From contig OZ244226.1 in NCBI GenBank assembly GCA_965217035.1, positions 3,020,146 through 3,050,713 on the forward strand: 30,568 bases of DNA, read 5' to 3'. Shown piece after piece: positions 9,855-19,762 of this stretch. The notes under the pieces are model-generated. The model saw only the letters and a program-made list of their open reading frames with translations. It was not told the origin of the DNA and did no database searches. A program made the position numbers and the translations under genes. This DNA comes from Bacteriovoracaceae bacterium. Lineage in GTDB: Bacteria > Bdellovibrionota > Bacteriovoracia > Bacteriovoracales > Bacteriovoracaceae. How positions within the stretch are numbered: the stretch's first letter is position 1; the number at the start of each line of letters is the position of its first letter.

Positions 9855-11159
9855 ATGATTGAACGCTATAATACTCCTGAAGTCACAAATTATTGGAAAG
9901 ACCATAATAAATTCACTCAATATTTAAATGTTGAATTGGCCTTGATTTCTGCCTTGGAGAATAGAGGGAGAGTGAAAAAGGGGACGGCGGACTCAATTCG
10001 ATCTAAAGTTGAAATAAGACCTGATCGAGTGAAGGAAATTGAGGCTCAAGTTCATCACGATGTGATTGCCTTTTGTACTTCGATTACAGAGCAGCTCGAT
10101 GCCGATGAGGCAAGGTTCTTTCATTTTGGAGCGACTTCTTCTGATGTCATTGATACTGCTACCAATTTACAGATCAAACAATCGCTGGAAGTAATTCTTC
10201 CAGTTTATGAAAGCTATCTTAAAGCACTTTTAGATCGAGCTGAGAAACATAAAGATTTATTATCAATGGGACGTTCCCATGGAATCTTTGCTGAACCGAT
10301 TATTTTTGGTCAAAAGTTCTTAAGTTTTTTTACTGAAGCGGCTAGATCTTATGCAGACTTAAAAGATGTTTGTACCAATCTCACCGGACAACTTTCAGGG
10401 GCCGTTGGGAGCTATACGGTTCTCGATCATGAGATAGAAAAAGAAGCAATAGAGTCACTTGGTTTAAAGGTAGAAGATGTCTCAACCCAAGTGCTTCCAA
10501 GAGACCATTGGGCCAAAATGGTTTCAATAATTGCAATTGCTGCGACTTCGATGGAAAGATTAGCTGTTGAACTTAGACATCTTCAACATTCAGACTTAGG
10601 TGAACTCGCTGAAGGTTTTTCTAAACTTCAGAAAGGTTCTTCGACGATGCCTCATAAGAAAAATCCCATTAGTTCAGAAAATATTACGGGAATGGCGAGA
10701 GTGCTTCGCTCTTATGTCGGAATTTCTCTCGATAATATGCCACTTTGGCACGAAAGAGATATTGCTCATTCCAGTGCTGAGAGGATCTACTTACAAGATT
10801 GCCTAGGATACTTTTATTATGCTCTCAAAAGAATGACAGATGTTATTCAGAATCTGGTTGTGAATGAAGATATTGTTGAAAATAAAGTGAAAGAGAACTC
10901 AGTTTATCTTTCGAGCTATTATCTACATGAGCTCTTAGAGAAGACCGATCAAAGGCGAGAAGATCTTTATCGAATTGTCCAAGAAGCCTCATTTGCTGCT
11001 TTCGAAAAAAAAACAAACTTAAGAAAAGAAATTGAATCTAGGGCTGAAGGAATCAGCTTGAGTTCCATGGACTTTGCTCGATTAAAGGAGCATTACGGGA
11101 CTCGCTATAGTCAAACCAAGGAGAGGGTGAAGTTGAGTACAAATAACTTATGGGATTAA
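9855..11159 (+). CDS. purB: Adenylosuccinate lyase (short Bacillus/Thermotoga type)
   Basis: MIERY, HDVIAF, HFGATSSD, GRSHG, SSTMPHKKNP signature, LWHERDI; SD AAGGAG upstream. Confidence 0.98.
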   Translation: MIERYNTPEVTNYWKDHNKFTQYLNVELALISALENRGRVKKGTADSIRSKVEIRPDRVKEIEAQVHHDVIAFCTSITEQLDADEARFFHFGATSSDVIDTATNLQIKQSLEVILPVYESYLKALLDRAEKHKDLLSMGRSHGIFAEPIIFGQKFLSFFTEAARSYADLKDVCTNLTGQLSGAVGSYTVLDHEIEKEAIESLGLKVEDVSTQVLPRDHWAKMVSIIAIAATSMERLAVELRHLQHSDLGELAEGFSKLQKGSSTMPHKKNPISSENITGMARVLRSYVGISLDNMPLWHERDIAHSSAERIYLQDCLGYFYYALKRMTDVIQNLVVNEDIVENKVKENSVYLSSYYLHELLEKTDQRREDLYRIVQEASFAAFEKKTNLRKEIESRAEGISLSSMDFARLKEHYGTRYSQTKERVKLSTNNLWD

Positions 11160-12031
11160 AAAACCTTTTGACATTAAAAGATCTGAAACAGAAACAAGTC
11201 GAAAAGCTTCTCTCTCTTGCATTTAAATTTAAGAATGGAAAACAATTGGAATTACTCCGAGATGTTTTTGTTGTTCCCGTTTTTATGGAACCCAGTACTC
11301 GAACGATGCTTTCCTTTGAGACTGCAGGGAAAAAGCTCGGTTTCGAGTTTTTAAAGTTCGACCCAAATTCTTCTAGCACTTTAAAAGGTGAAACTTTGTT
11401 GGATACTTTAAAGACGATAGAAGCAATGGGGGCGGATGTTGCTGTTATTCGCTTGAAACAAGAGGGAATTTTACAAGAAGTTATTGGAGAGTTAAGCCTT
11501 TCGATTATTAATGCAGGAGAAGGTGTTCGAGAACATCCTACTCAGGCCCTCTTAGATGGAATGACTATTCAAGAACATTTTGGAAAGCTTTCAGGACTTG
11601 ATGTCTCCATTATTGGAGACATCAAACATTCTCGAGTTGCTGCTAGTTTTATTGATCTCGCTCGAATTTTTGAAATTAATTTAAAACTTTTTTCTCCTGT
11701 AGAGTTTGGGGATTTTCAACATGAGTACAAAACTCACGATTATAATGATTGTGTGAAAAACAGTGATGTTGTGATGTGTTTGAGGAATCAACTCGAAAGA
11801 CATGAAAAAGAATTTATTTCAGCTGGAGATTATTATCTTCGATATGGAATGAATAAAGAACGCCTGAACTCGATGAAGAGAAATTCAATTCTTATGCATC
11901 CAGGTCCTTTTAATAGGAATGTGGAATTGGACAGTGATATTTTGAGAGATCCAAAAGTAAAAATATGGAATCAAGTTGAAAACGGGGTTTATGCTCGCAT
12001 GGCCGTTTTAAAAGAGGTTATTGATGGCTAA
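11150..12031 (+). CDS. pyrB: Aspartate carbamoyltransferase catalytic subunit
   Basis: FMEPSTRT, KGETL, INAGEG..EHPTQALLD, GDIKHSRV, MHPGPFNR. Confidence 0.98.
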   Translation: MGLKNLLTLKDLKQKQVEKLLSLAFKFKNGKQLELLRDVFVVPVFMEPSTRTMLSFETAGKKLGFEFLKFDPNSSSTLKGETLLDTLKTIEAMGADVAVIRLKQEGILQEVIGELSLSIINAGEGVREHPTQALLDGMTIQEHFGKLSGLDVSIIGDIKHSRVAASFIDLARIFEINLKLFSPVEFGDFQHEYKTHDYNDCVKNSDVVMCLRNQLERHEKEFISAGDYYLRYGMNKERLNSMKRNSILMHPGPFNRNVELDSDILRDPKVKIWNQVENGVYARMAVLKEVIDG

Positions 12032-13316
12032 AACTTTAATTAAAAATGTAAAAGTTTTTGGTGAAGATCTTAAGGATATTCTGATTGATGGAGATCAGAT
12101 TAAAGAGATTGCAGATGAAATTGATGAGAATGCTGAGACGGTTATTGATGGGAAGCAATACTGTGCTCTTCCCGGACTGGTTGATATGCAAGTTCATTTT
12201 CGTGAACCCGGTCAAGAGAAAAAAGAAACATTGAAAACTGGAATGGCAGCTGCTGTAAGAGGTGGGTTTACCACAGTTGCTTGTATGCCAAATACGAATC
12301 CAACGCTTGATAATGCTGAGATTTTAAAGACATTAATGAAAAAGATTGAAGATATTGGTTCTTGTCGAGTCCTTCCTATTCCTGCCATGACGAAAGGTAT
12401 TCAAGGTGATGAAGTTTGTAATTTTGCTGATTACAAAGAGATTGGAATTCTCGGTGTCACTGATGACGGAAGAGGAGTTCAAGATGATTCCGTTATGGAT
12501 AAGGTTTTTAGTGAAGCAGAAAAAAATGAGATGATCGTTTTTCAGCATTGCGAAGTTGAAAGCATAAGTCATGGTGCTCCTATTCATCTTGGAAAAAAAT
12601 CAAAGGAACTCGGAGTTGAGGGGCAGCCTGGTTCAGCCGAAGCTGAAATGGTTCGAAGAGATATCGATCTTTTAGAAAAGAATGGAGGCCATTATCATGT
12701 CTTACATCTTTCATCATCAGAATCTCTTGCTCATGTCAAAGAGGGGAAATCAAAAGGACTTAACGTGACTTGTGAGGTAACTCCCCATCATCTGATTCTA
12801 ACAGATGAAGATATTCCTACTGGAAATGCCAATTTCAAAATGAATCCTCCTTTGAGATCAAAAGAAGATCGTGCTCTTTTACAAGAAGGACTGGTTGATG
12901 GGTCAGTTGATATTATTACAACAGATCATGCCCCTCATACAGAAGAAGAAAAATCAAAAAACCTTAATGAGGCTCCTTTTGGAATTGTTGGTTTAGAAAC
13001 AGCACTTCCGCTTATCTATACTCACTTTGTCGAGACGGGGAAAATTACGATGAAAAGATTAGTTGAACTGATGAGTACCAATCCCACTAAAATATTTAAT
13101 TTAGAAAATGGTTCACTCCAAGTGGGCGATAAAGCAGATATCGTACTGGTCGATTTGATGTCTGAACGTACAGTAAACGCAGAAACTTTTGCTTCTAAAG
13201 GGAAGAATACTCCCTTTGAGGGAATGAAGCTTAAGGGATGGCCGATGCTGACCCTTTTTGAAGGTGTTGTTGTCTTTAAAGATGGGGACTATAAGGATGC
13301 TAATTATGAAATTTAA
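12024..13316 (+). CDS. pyrC: Dihydroorotase (type I)
   Basis: DMQVHFREPG, GGFTTVACMPNT, TDDG, HCE, EVTPHHL, KMNPPLR, TDHAPH, APFGIVGLET. ATG 12024 follows SD GAGG. Confidence 0.95.
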   Translation: MAKTLIKNVKVFGEDLKDILIDGDQIKEIADEIDENAETVIDGKQYCALPGLVDMQVHFREPGQEKKETLKTGMAAAVRGGFTTVACMPNTNPTLDNAEILKTLMKKIEDIGSCRVLPIPAMTKGIQGDEVCNFADYKEIGILGVTDDGRGVQDDSVMDKVFSEAEKNEMIVFQHCEVESISHGAPIHLGKKSKELGVEGQPGSAEAEMVRRDIDLLEKNGGHYHVLHLSSSESLAHVKEGKSKGLNVTCEVTPHHLILTDEDIPTGNANFKMNPPLRSKEDRALLQEGLVDGSVDIITTDHAPHTEEEKSKNLNEAPFGIVGLETALPLIYTHFVETGKITMKRLVELMSTNPTKIFNLENGSLQVGDKADIVLVDLMSERTVNAETFASKGKNTPFEGMKLKGWPMLTLFEGVVVFKDGDYKDANYEI

Positions 13317-14379
13317 TGGAAAATTGATTCTCGAGGATGGTACAGAATTCCTAGGAATTTTGAATGGCACAACAGAAGAATCACCGGTAGCAGAAGTGGT
13401 GTTTAACACGTCAATGGTTGGCTATCAAGAGATTCTCACTGATCCCAGTTATTGCGACCAGATTATCTGCATGACTTACCCTTTAATAGGGAATTATGGA
13501 GTCAACAAACGGTTTGCCGAGGCGAAACAAACGGCCTGTAAAGGTTTTATCGTTCGCGAACTTTGTGATTATCCCTCTCATTTTGAAAATGAAATCTCCC
13601 TCGATCAATTTTTTAAGGATAATAATTTAGTCTGTCTTAGCGAGGTTGATACACGAGCACTGACCAAAAAGATTCGAGAACACGGAACTTTTAGAGGCAT
13701 TATTACAAGTCTAGAGACAAGCTTTGAAGCTGTGAAAGAGAAACTGACAACGACAGTCCTTACAGGGCAGGTTTCTAAAGTGAGTTTGAATAAAGAAGAA
13801 ACTTTTGGAGAAGGTGATCATGTTGTTCTTTTCGATTTTGGATACAAAGGAAATATAAAAGCTTGCCTAGTGGAGATGGGATTTAAAGTCACCGTGGTCC
13901 CATATAATACGAGCTTTGAAAGAGTCAAGGAACTCAATCCTAGGGGGGTTTGTCTCTCAAATGGGCCGGGAGATCCTGATGAGCTTATTGATGTCATCTC
14001 TGAAATCAAAAAAGTTCAAGAAATTTTCCCGACTTTTGGAATCTGTCTTGGTCACCAAATCCTTGCTCTTGCTAACGGAGCAAAAACCGAAAAAATGCTT
14101 TACGGGCATCGAGGAGGAAACCATCCTGTTCAAGATCTTGAGACAGGAAGAGTATTCATGAGTTCACAAAACCACGGATATGTTGTCAAAGAAGATTCTC
14201 TTGAGGGAACTCCACTCATTAAGACCTTTATAAATGTTAATGATGGAACATTAGAAGGAATGTCACATAAGACATTGCCAGTCTTTTCAGTTCAGTTCCA
14301 TCCTGAATATCGACCTGGTCCTAGAGATACAAACTACCTTTTTGAAAAATTTAAAGGAATGATGGAGGCAGCACAATGA
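13306..14379 (+). CDS. carA: Carbamoyl-phosphate synthase small subunit
   Basis: LILEDGT, EVVFNTSMVGYQE, LSNGPGDP, GICLGHQ, SQNHGY, VQFHPE. The start is set at ATG 13306 by family N-terminus. Confidence 0.98.
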   Translation: MKFNGKLILEDGTEFLGILNGTTEESPVAEVVFNTSMVGYQEILTDPSYCDQIICMTYPLIGNYGVNKRFAEAKQTACKGFIVRELCDYPSHFENEISLDQFFKDNNLVCLSEVDTRALTKKIREHGTFRGIITSLETSFEAVKEKLTTTVLTGQVSKVSLNKEETFGEGDHVVLFDFGYKGNIKACLVEMGFKVTVVPYNTSFERVKELNPRGVCLSNGPGDPDELIDVISEIKKVQEIFPTFGICLGHQILALANGAKTEKMLYGHRGGNHPVQDLETGRVFMSSQNHGYVVKEDSLEGTPLIKTFINVNDGTLEGMSHKTLPVFSVQFHPEYRPGPRDTNYLFEKFKGMMEAAQ

Positions 14380-17300
14380 GTACTCAGTATAAGAAAGTTC
14401 TCGTAATTGGATCTGGACCTATTATCATCGGTCAAGCAGCAGAGTTTGATTATTCTGGCTCTCAGTGTTTACAGGTTTTAAGAGAAGAGGGAATTGAAAG
14501 TGTCCTTATCAATTCGAATCCCGCTACGATTATGACTGATAAGACCATGGCAGATAAAGTCTATATGGAACCGATCACTGAAGAGTTTGTAAAAAAAATT
14601 ATTCTTAAAGAAAGACCAGATGCAGTGATGAGTTCCTTCGGAGGTCAAACAGCATTAAACATGGCAAAGAGTTTATCAGAGTCAGGTTTTTTAAAGAAAG
14701 TTGGTTGTAAAGTTCTAGGTTCTCACCTTGAGACCATAGTCTACGCAGAAGATAGACTGCTCTTTAGAGAAAAGATGATCCAGATGGGAATTCCCGTTGC
14801 GAATGGTGAAATCGTTTCAACATTAGAGGACGGAGTGAAAGTTGCTAAGAAAATTGGTTTTCCTTGTATTATCAGACCCGCTTATACATTAGGTGGATCC
14901 GGCGGTGGTCTTGTTTATAATGAAGAAGAGTTCAGGAAGACATTAGCGAAAGGTTTATTACTCTCTTCAATCGGGCAATGTCTAATCGAACAAAGCATCG
15001 CTGGATTTAAAGAGATTGAATACGAAGTTGTTCGAGATGCTAAAGACAATGCAATTATCGTTTGTAATATGGAAAATGTTGACCCTGTAGGTGTTCATAC
15101 CGGGGACAGTATTGTCATGGCCCCAAGCCAGACTTTAACTGATGAGGATTACCAAAATTTAAGGGACGTCTCTATTGAGGTTGTTCGAGCGCTTAATATT
15201 GAAGGTGCTTGTAACGTTCAACTCGCTCAAGACCCTAAAACAAAAGCTTATTTCATTATTGAAGTGAATCCTCGAGTGAGTCGATCCTCAGCACTGGCTT
15301 CAAAAGCAACGGGATATCCTATTGCTAAGATTTCTGCGCAAGTTGCACTTGGGAAAACACTTGATCAGATTCAAAACCCAATTACAGGTAAAACTTACGC
15401 GTCGTTTGAACCTAGTATTGATTATATCATTACAAAGTTTCCACGATGGCCGTTTGATAAGTTTAAAATGGCCGATAGAAAACTTGGATCTCAAATGAAG
15501 TCAACGGGTGAAGTCATGGCCTTAGGACGAAATTTTGAGGAATCTTTCTTAAAATCGATTCGTTCTCTAGAACTTGGTTATTTTCATCTTTATGACGATC
15601 AATTTGTTGGATGGACGGATGATCAGTTTAAAGAATTTGTCCTAAGACAAAATGATGAACGAATTTTTGCTATTGCTCAGTGGATGCGTCAAGGAAAGTC
15701 AATTGAAGCGATTTCACAACTTACGACAATTGATACGTTTTTTTTGAAGAAGATTGAAAAGATTATTGCGATCGAAGAGAGCTTTAAAAAAGATGGGCTT
15801 ACAGAAGATCATGTCTTTCTCGCAAAAAGAAATGGGTTTACTGATAGAGCGATTGGATTCTTTGCAGGAAAAACAACTGAAGAAGTGACAGCTTTCAGAG
15901 AAAAAATGAATTTAAAGCCTGTTGTTAAGTTAGTTGACTCTTGTGCTGCTGAATTCCCCGCGTTGACTCCTTATTATTATCAAACCTACGAGACAGTCGA
16001 TGAGTGGGAAGAGAGTCATGATAAGAAGATTGCTGTCATTGGATCTGGTCCTATTCGAATTGGACAAGGAATAGAGTTTGATTATTCTTGTGTTCACTCA
16101 CTCCTAGCTTGTCGAGAAGCTGGTTATAAAACAGTTATGATTAATAATAACCCTGAGACATGCTCGACTGACTTTACCCTTTCTGATCGCCTCTATTTTG
16201 AACCCTTATATGATGAGGATGTTTTAGAGATTCTTAAACGTGAGAAGCCTGAAGGAGTTATTGTTCAGTTTGGAGGCCAAACAGCAATCAATTTAACGGA
16301 GACAATTTCAAAAGCTGGCTTTAAAGTGATTGGGACATCTCCTGAGAATATTGCAAGAGCTGAAGATAGAGAAAAGTTTGATGCTCTGATGACAGATCTC
16401 GATATTTTAAGACCGAAAGGGTTAACGATTTCTAGTCGTGATGAGATTGACTCAGTGATAAAGGATATCGAATTCCCAGTAATGGTGAGACCTTCCTTTG
16501 TTCTCGGTGGTCTTTCCATGGCAATTCTTTATAACGAAGAAGAACTCCAAGAATATGTAGCAAGTGGTGTGACTATTAGTCCTGAAGCACCCCTACTTGT
16601 TGACCATTATATTAAAGGTCTTGAGATCGAAGTGGATGGGCTTTGTGATGGAGAGAATGTTCTTATCCCAGGAATCATGGAACATATAGAGCGAGCTGGA
16701 GTTCACTCGGGTGATTCAATCGCGGTTTACCCTCCGGTCAATCTTTATGAAGATGTTATCGCCAAGGTGGTCGAGACAACCAAGAAACTTGCAAAAGGTC
16801 TTGATGTTAAAGGGATTTTTAATATTCAATTTATGCATAAGAAGGGTGAACTTTATGTGATTGAAGTGAATCCTCGAGCAAGCCGAACGGTTCCTTTTTT
16901 AAGTAAGATGACCGGAATTCCTATGGCACAGGTTGCGACTGAATTAATGCTTGGGAAAAGTTTGAAAGATCTTGGTTATGAAGATGGCCTTTATCCAACT
17001 CCAGACTTTTACTCAGTCAAAGTTCCAGTGTTCTCAACAGATAAGCTGATTGATGTAGAGCCAGGTCTTGGACCAGAGATGAAATCGACAGGAGAGGTAC
17101 TTGGAAAAGATAAAAAACTACCTATTGCTCTCTATAAAGGATTGCTTAGTATTGGATTAAAAATTCCTGAAGCGGGAAGCGTCCTCTTTACTCTCTCTGA
17201 TCGTTATAAGGATGAATCGATGGGATTAATTAAAGGATTTCATGAACTTGGATTCCGAATTATGGCAACTTCAGGAACGGCAAAATTCATTCGAGAAAAT

Positions 17301-17552
17301 ACGGATATCAATGTCGAAGAAGTTCCTAAAATTGGATCAGCTGACTATGATCTTCAAAACTATCTTGAAGACGATAAAATTGACCTCGTTGTGAATGCTC
17401 TTTCTAAAGGAAAAAAATCCAATACTGATGGATTTTATTTAAGAAGAAGTGCTTTTGAAAAAAGAATTCCATGCTTTACTTCTATCGATACCGCAAAAGC
17501 GATGTTAGATGTCATCGAATTTAGACATATTTCAGTGGAGCCGTCCGTTTGA
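14376..17552 (+). CDS. carB: Carbamoyl-phosphate synthase large subunit
   Basis: GSGPIIIGQAAEFDYSG, duplicated ATP-grasp halves (IEVNPRVSRS / IEVNPRASRT), and a C-terminal MGS-like domain. ATGA overlap with carA. Confidence 0.99.
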   Translation: MSTQYKKVLVIGSGPIIIGQAAEFDYSGSQCLQVLREEGIESVLINSNPATIMTDKTMADKVYMEPITEEFVKKIILKERPDAVMSSFGGQTALNMAKSLSESGFLKKVGCKVLGSHLETIVYAEDRLLFREKMIQMGIPVANGEIVSTLEDGVKVAKKIGFPCIIRPAYTLGGSGGGLVYNEEEFRKTLAKGLLLSSIGQCLIEQSIAGFKEIEYEVVRDAKDNAIIVCNMENVDPVGVHTGDSIVMAPSQTLTDEDYQNLRDVSIEVVRALNIEGACNVQLAQDPKTKAYFIIEVNPRVSRSSALASKATGYPIAKISAQVALGKTLDQIQNPITGKTYASFEPSIDYIITKFPRWPFDKFKMADRKLGSQMKSTGEVMALGRNFEESFLKSIRSLELGYFHLYDDQFVGWTDDQFKEFVLRQNDERIFAIAQWMRQGKSIEAISQLTTIDTFFLKKIEKIIAIEESFKKDGLTEDHVFLAKRNGFTDRAIGFFAGKTTEEVTAFREKMNLKPVVKLVDSCAAEFPALTPYYYQTYETVDEWEESHDKKIAVIGSGPIRIGQGIEFDYSCVHSLLACREAGYKTVMINNNPETCSTDFTLSDRLYFEPLYDEDVLEILKREKPEGVIVQFGGQTAINLTETISKAGFKVIGTSPENIARAEDREKFDALMTDLDILRPKGLTISSRDEIDSVIKDIEFPVMVRPSFVLGGLSMAILYNEEELQEYVASGVTISPEAPLLVDHYIKGLEIEVDGLCDGENVLIPGIMEHIERAGVHSGDSIAVYPPVNLYEDVIAKVVETTKKLAKGLDVKGIFNIQFMHKKGELYVIEVNPRASRTVPFLSKMTGIPMAQVATELMLGKSLKDLGYEDGLYPTPDFYSVKVPVFSTDKLIDVEPGLGPEMKSTGEVLGKDKKLPIALYKGLLSIGLKIPEAGSVLFTLSDRYKDESMGLIKGFHELGFRIMATSGTAKFIRENTDINVEEVPKIGSADYDLQNYLEDDKIDLVVNALSKGKKSNTDGFYLRRSAFEKRIPCFTSIDTAKAMLDVIEFRHISVEPSV

Positions 17553-18217
17553 TTATTGTAGCTTTAGATTTTTCCAATGCACGAGAAGTGAAAGAGTTTA
17601 TTCCTAAACTCGAAAATCAAGTTGATTGGGTTAAAGTAGGGATGGAACTTTACTATAGTGAAGGTCCAAGAATCATAGAGTATCTTCAAAAAGAAGGATA
17701 TAAGATCTTCTTAGATCTTAAGCTCCACGATATTCCAAATACCGTTTCAAGTGCTCTCAAAGTCATCGATACCATGGGTGTGAATATGGTGAATGTTCAT
17801 GCCCTTGGTGGTTACGAGATGCTCGCGAGAGCGAGAGAAGCTGTGACAAGCACTCATTTAATTGGAGTCACTGTTCTCACATCTCATGATAAAAAAGCCA
17901 TTCATGAGCTTAATCTCCTCGGTGATATTAATGCCAATGTTTTAAATCTTGCGAAACTTTCTGATAGAGCAGGGCTTGATGGTATTGTTTGTTCGGCCAA
18001 GGATCTTTCAAACCTTCAAAACAAGTTCAGTATAGGATTTTCTTTTGTAACTCCAGGAATTCGTTTGAATTCTGCTTCTCAAGATCAGAAGAGAGTGATG
18101 AAACCTGGTGAGGCGCTGAAGGCGGGAGCTACTCATCTCGTTATCGGCCGAGAGATTACACAAGCAGAAAATACACAAACAAGTATTCAAGCGATAAAGG
18201 CAGATATTAATGGATAA
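17549..18217 (+). CDS. pyrF: Orotidine-5'-phosphate decarboxylase
   Basis: IVALD, KVG, FLDLKLHDIPNT, VTVLTS, VTPGIR, DQKR, VIGR. The TTG start overlaps the carB stop (TTGA). Confidence 0.98.
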   Translation: MIIVALDFSNAREVKEFIPKLENQVDWVKVGMELYYSEGPRIIEYLQKEGYKIFLDLKLHDIPNTVSSALKVIDTMGVNMVNVHALGGYEMLARAREAVTSTHLIGVTVLTSHDKKAIHELNLLGDINANVLNLAKLSDRAGLDGIVCSAKDLSNLQNKFSIGFSFVTPGIRLNSASQDQKRVMKPGEALKAGATHLVIGREITQAENTQTSIQAIKADING

Positions 18218-18794
18218 AGTAGCAAGCATCTTAAAGGATATTGAAGCATTTAAAATCTCCAGTGAACCCTATACTTGGGCTAGTGGAATTCAATCGCCTT
18301 TTTATTGTGATAATCGTTTGATGCTCTCCTTTCCAGATCAATGGAATACAGTCATTAAAGCTTTTTGTGAGAAAATTAAAACTGATTATCCTGATTGTAA
18401 TTGCATCGCAGGAGTTGCTACAGCAGGTATTCCTCACGCTGCTGCTATAGCTCGAGAAATGAATCTTCCTATGGTTTATGTTCGTTCAAAAGCGAAGGAA
18501 CATGGAAAACAGAATCAAATCGAAGGCAGAGTTCCAGAGAATGCTAAAATAGTTATGATAGAAGATCTTATTTCTACTGGTGGTAGCGTTATTAAGGCTT
18601 CTAAAGTTTTTGAATTTGGTATACTTGGAGTTGTTGCTATTTTCTCGTATGGACTTAAAAAAGCGAGTGAAAATTTTAAAACTGAGAATTTGAGATACAG
18701 CACACTAACAAACCTTGATAATCTGATTGAATGTTTCGACTTTGATCAGAAGGCTGCCGATTTAATTCAAAAATTTAAAAGTGAGCATTGTTAA
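18210..18794 (+). CDS. pyrE: Orotate phosphoribosyltransferase
   Basis: WASGIQSPFYCDNR, ATAGIPH, YVRSKAKEHG, and the PRPP motif MIEDLISTGGS. Confidence 0.98.
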   Translation: MDKVASILKDIEAFKISSEPYTWASGIQSPFYCDNRLMLSFPDQWNTVIKAFCEKIKTDYPDCNCIAGVATAGIPHAAAIAREMNLPMVYVRSKAKEHGKQNQIEGRVPENAKIVMIEDLISTGGSVIKASKVFEFGILGVVAIFSYGLKKASENFKTENLRYSTLTNLDNLIECFDFDQKAADLIQKFKSEHC

Positions 18795-19762
18795 TGCTTT
18801 ATGATCTAATTAAAAGGACTTTTTTTCAGTTTGATCCTGAAAATATTCATGACTTTACTCTACAAAAATTTGCTGATAATCCCTGGTATTTAAAAAAAAT
18901 CATCTCTGGATATCAATCAGATAGAGAAGATGAGGTCTCTAGTAAGCATATGATCTGGCGAAATGCTCTTGGATTGGCCGCTGGTTTTGATAAAAACGGA
19001 ATCGCTTTAGAGTTTCTCGATTATTTAGGCTTTGGTGCAATTGAAGTAGGAACAGTCACCTTAAAAGAGCAAATCGGTAATCCTAAACCTCGAATCTGGC
19101 GATATCCCAAAGAAAAAGCTTTAAGAAATGCCTTAGGTTTTCCGTGTTTGGGAGCCAGTTCTGTTTTAAAGAATATTGAGAACTATGCTGGTCAAGCAGC
19201 ACTCGGAATTAATATTGGAAAAAATAAAGACACTCCCAATGAAAAGGCCGCTCAAGAATATGGAGAATTATTTGAGCTTTTTGAAAGACAAGCTGATTAT
19301 TTAGTTGTTAATATTTCAAGTCCCAACACGGAGGGTTTGAGAGATTTACAGGAAAAGAAGTCTCTTGAAGAACTTCTTAGAGTGATGAGTGATAAGAAAG
19401 CACAATCATCAACACCTTTGTATTTGAAGATCTCACCTGATGAGTCTGAAGGAAGTTTAGAAGAGATTTTTAAACTGACAAAAGATTACGGACTTCAAGG
19501 AATTATTGCGACTAATACAACCAAAGATCATCCTTATGAGAAGGGTGGTTACTCAGGAGAGCCTCTCTATCCTAAGGCAAAACAAACTTGGAACAAGCTT
19601 TTAGAATGGAATCAAAATGATGAGAGCTTTGATATCATTGGAGTTGGTGGCTTCTCAAGAGCAGAGCATTTACACGATTTTAGAAAATCAGGTGGTCGAT
19701 TTATTCAAACCTATACGGGGTTTATCTATCAGGGACCAGAGATCTTTTCTATTTTAGAATAA
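18794..19762 (+). CDS. pyrD: Dihydroorotate dehydrogenase, quinone-dependent (class 2)
   Basis: DPENIHD, GLAAGFDKN, GNPKPR, NIGKNK, NISSPNT (catalytic Ser), KISPD, TNTT, SG. TAATG coupling with pyrE. Confidence 0.96.
   Translation: MLYDLIKRTFFQFDPENIHDFTLQKFADNPWYLKKIISGYQSDREDEVSSKHMIWRNALGLAAGFDKNGIALEFLDYLGFGAIEVGTVTLKEQIGNPKPRIWRYPKEKALRNALGFPCLGASSVLKNIENYAGQAALGINIGKNKDTPNEKAAQEYGELFELFERQADYLVVNISSPNTEGLRDLQEKKSLEELLRVMSDKKAQSSTPLYLKISPDESEGSLEEIFKLTKDYGLQGIIATNTTKDHPYEKGGYSGEPLYPKAKQTWNKLLEWNQNDESFDIIGVGGFSRAEHLHDFRKSGGRFIQTYTGFIYQGPEIFSILE

Noticed and set aside
13258..13305. ORF-track longest starts (also 1958, 5513, 12021, 18788, 21316, 25536)
   Set aside because: Downstream ATGs fit SD spacing, gene coupling or family N-termini better.
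12024..13316. Inactive pyrC' pseudo-dihydroorotase
   Set aside because: Only one ligand differs; the catalytic Asp and substrate-binding motifs are retained.
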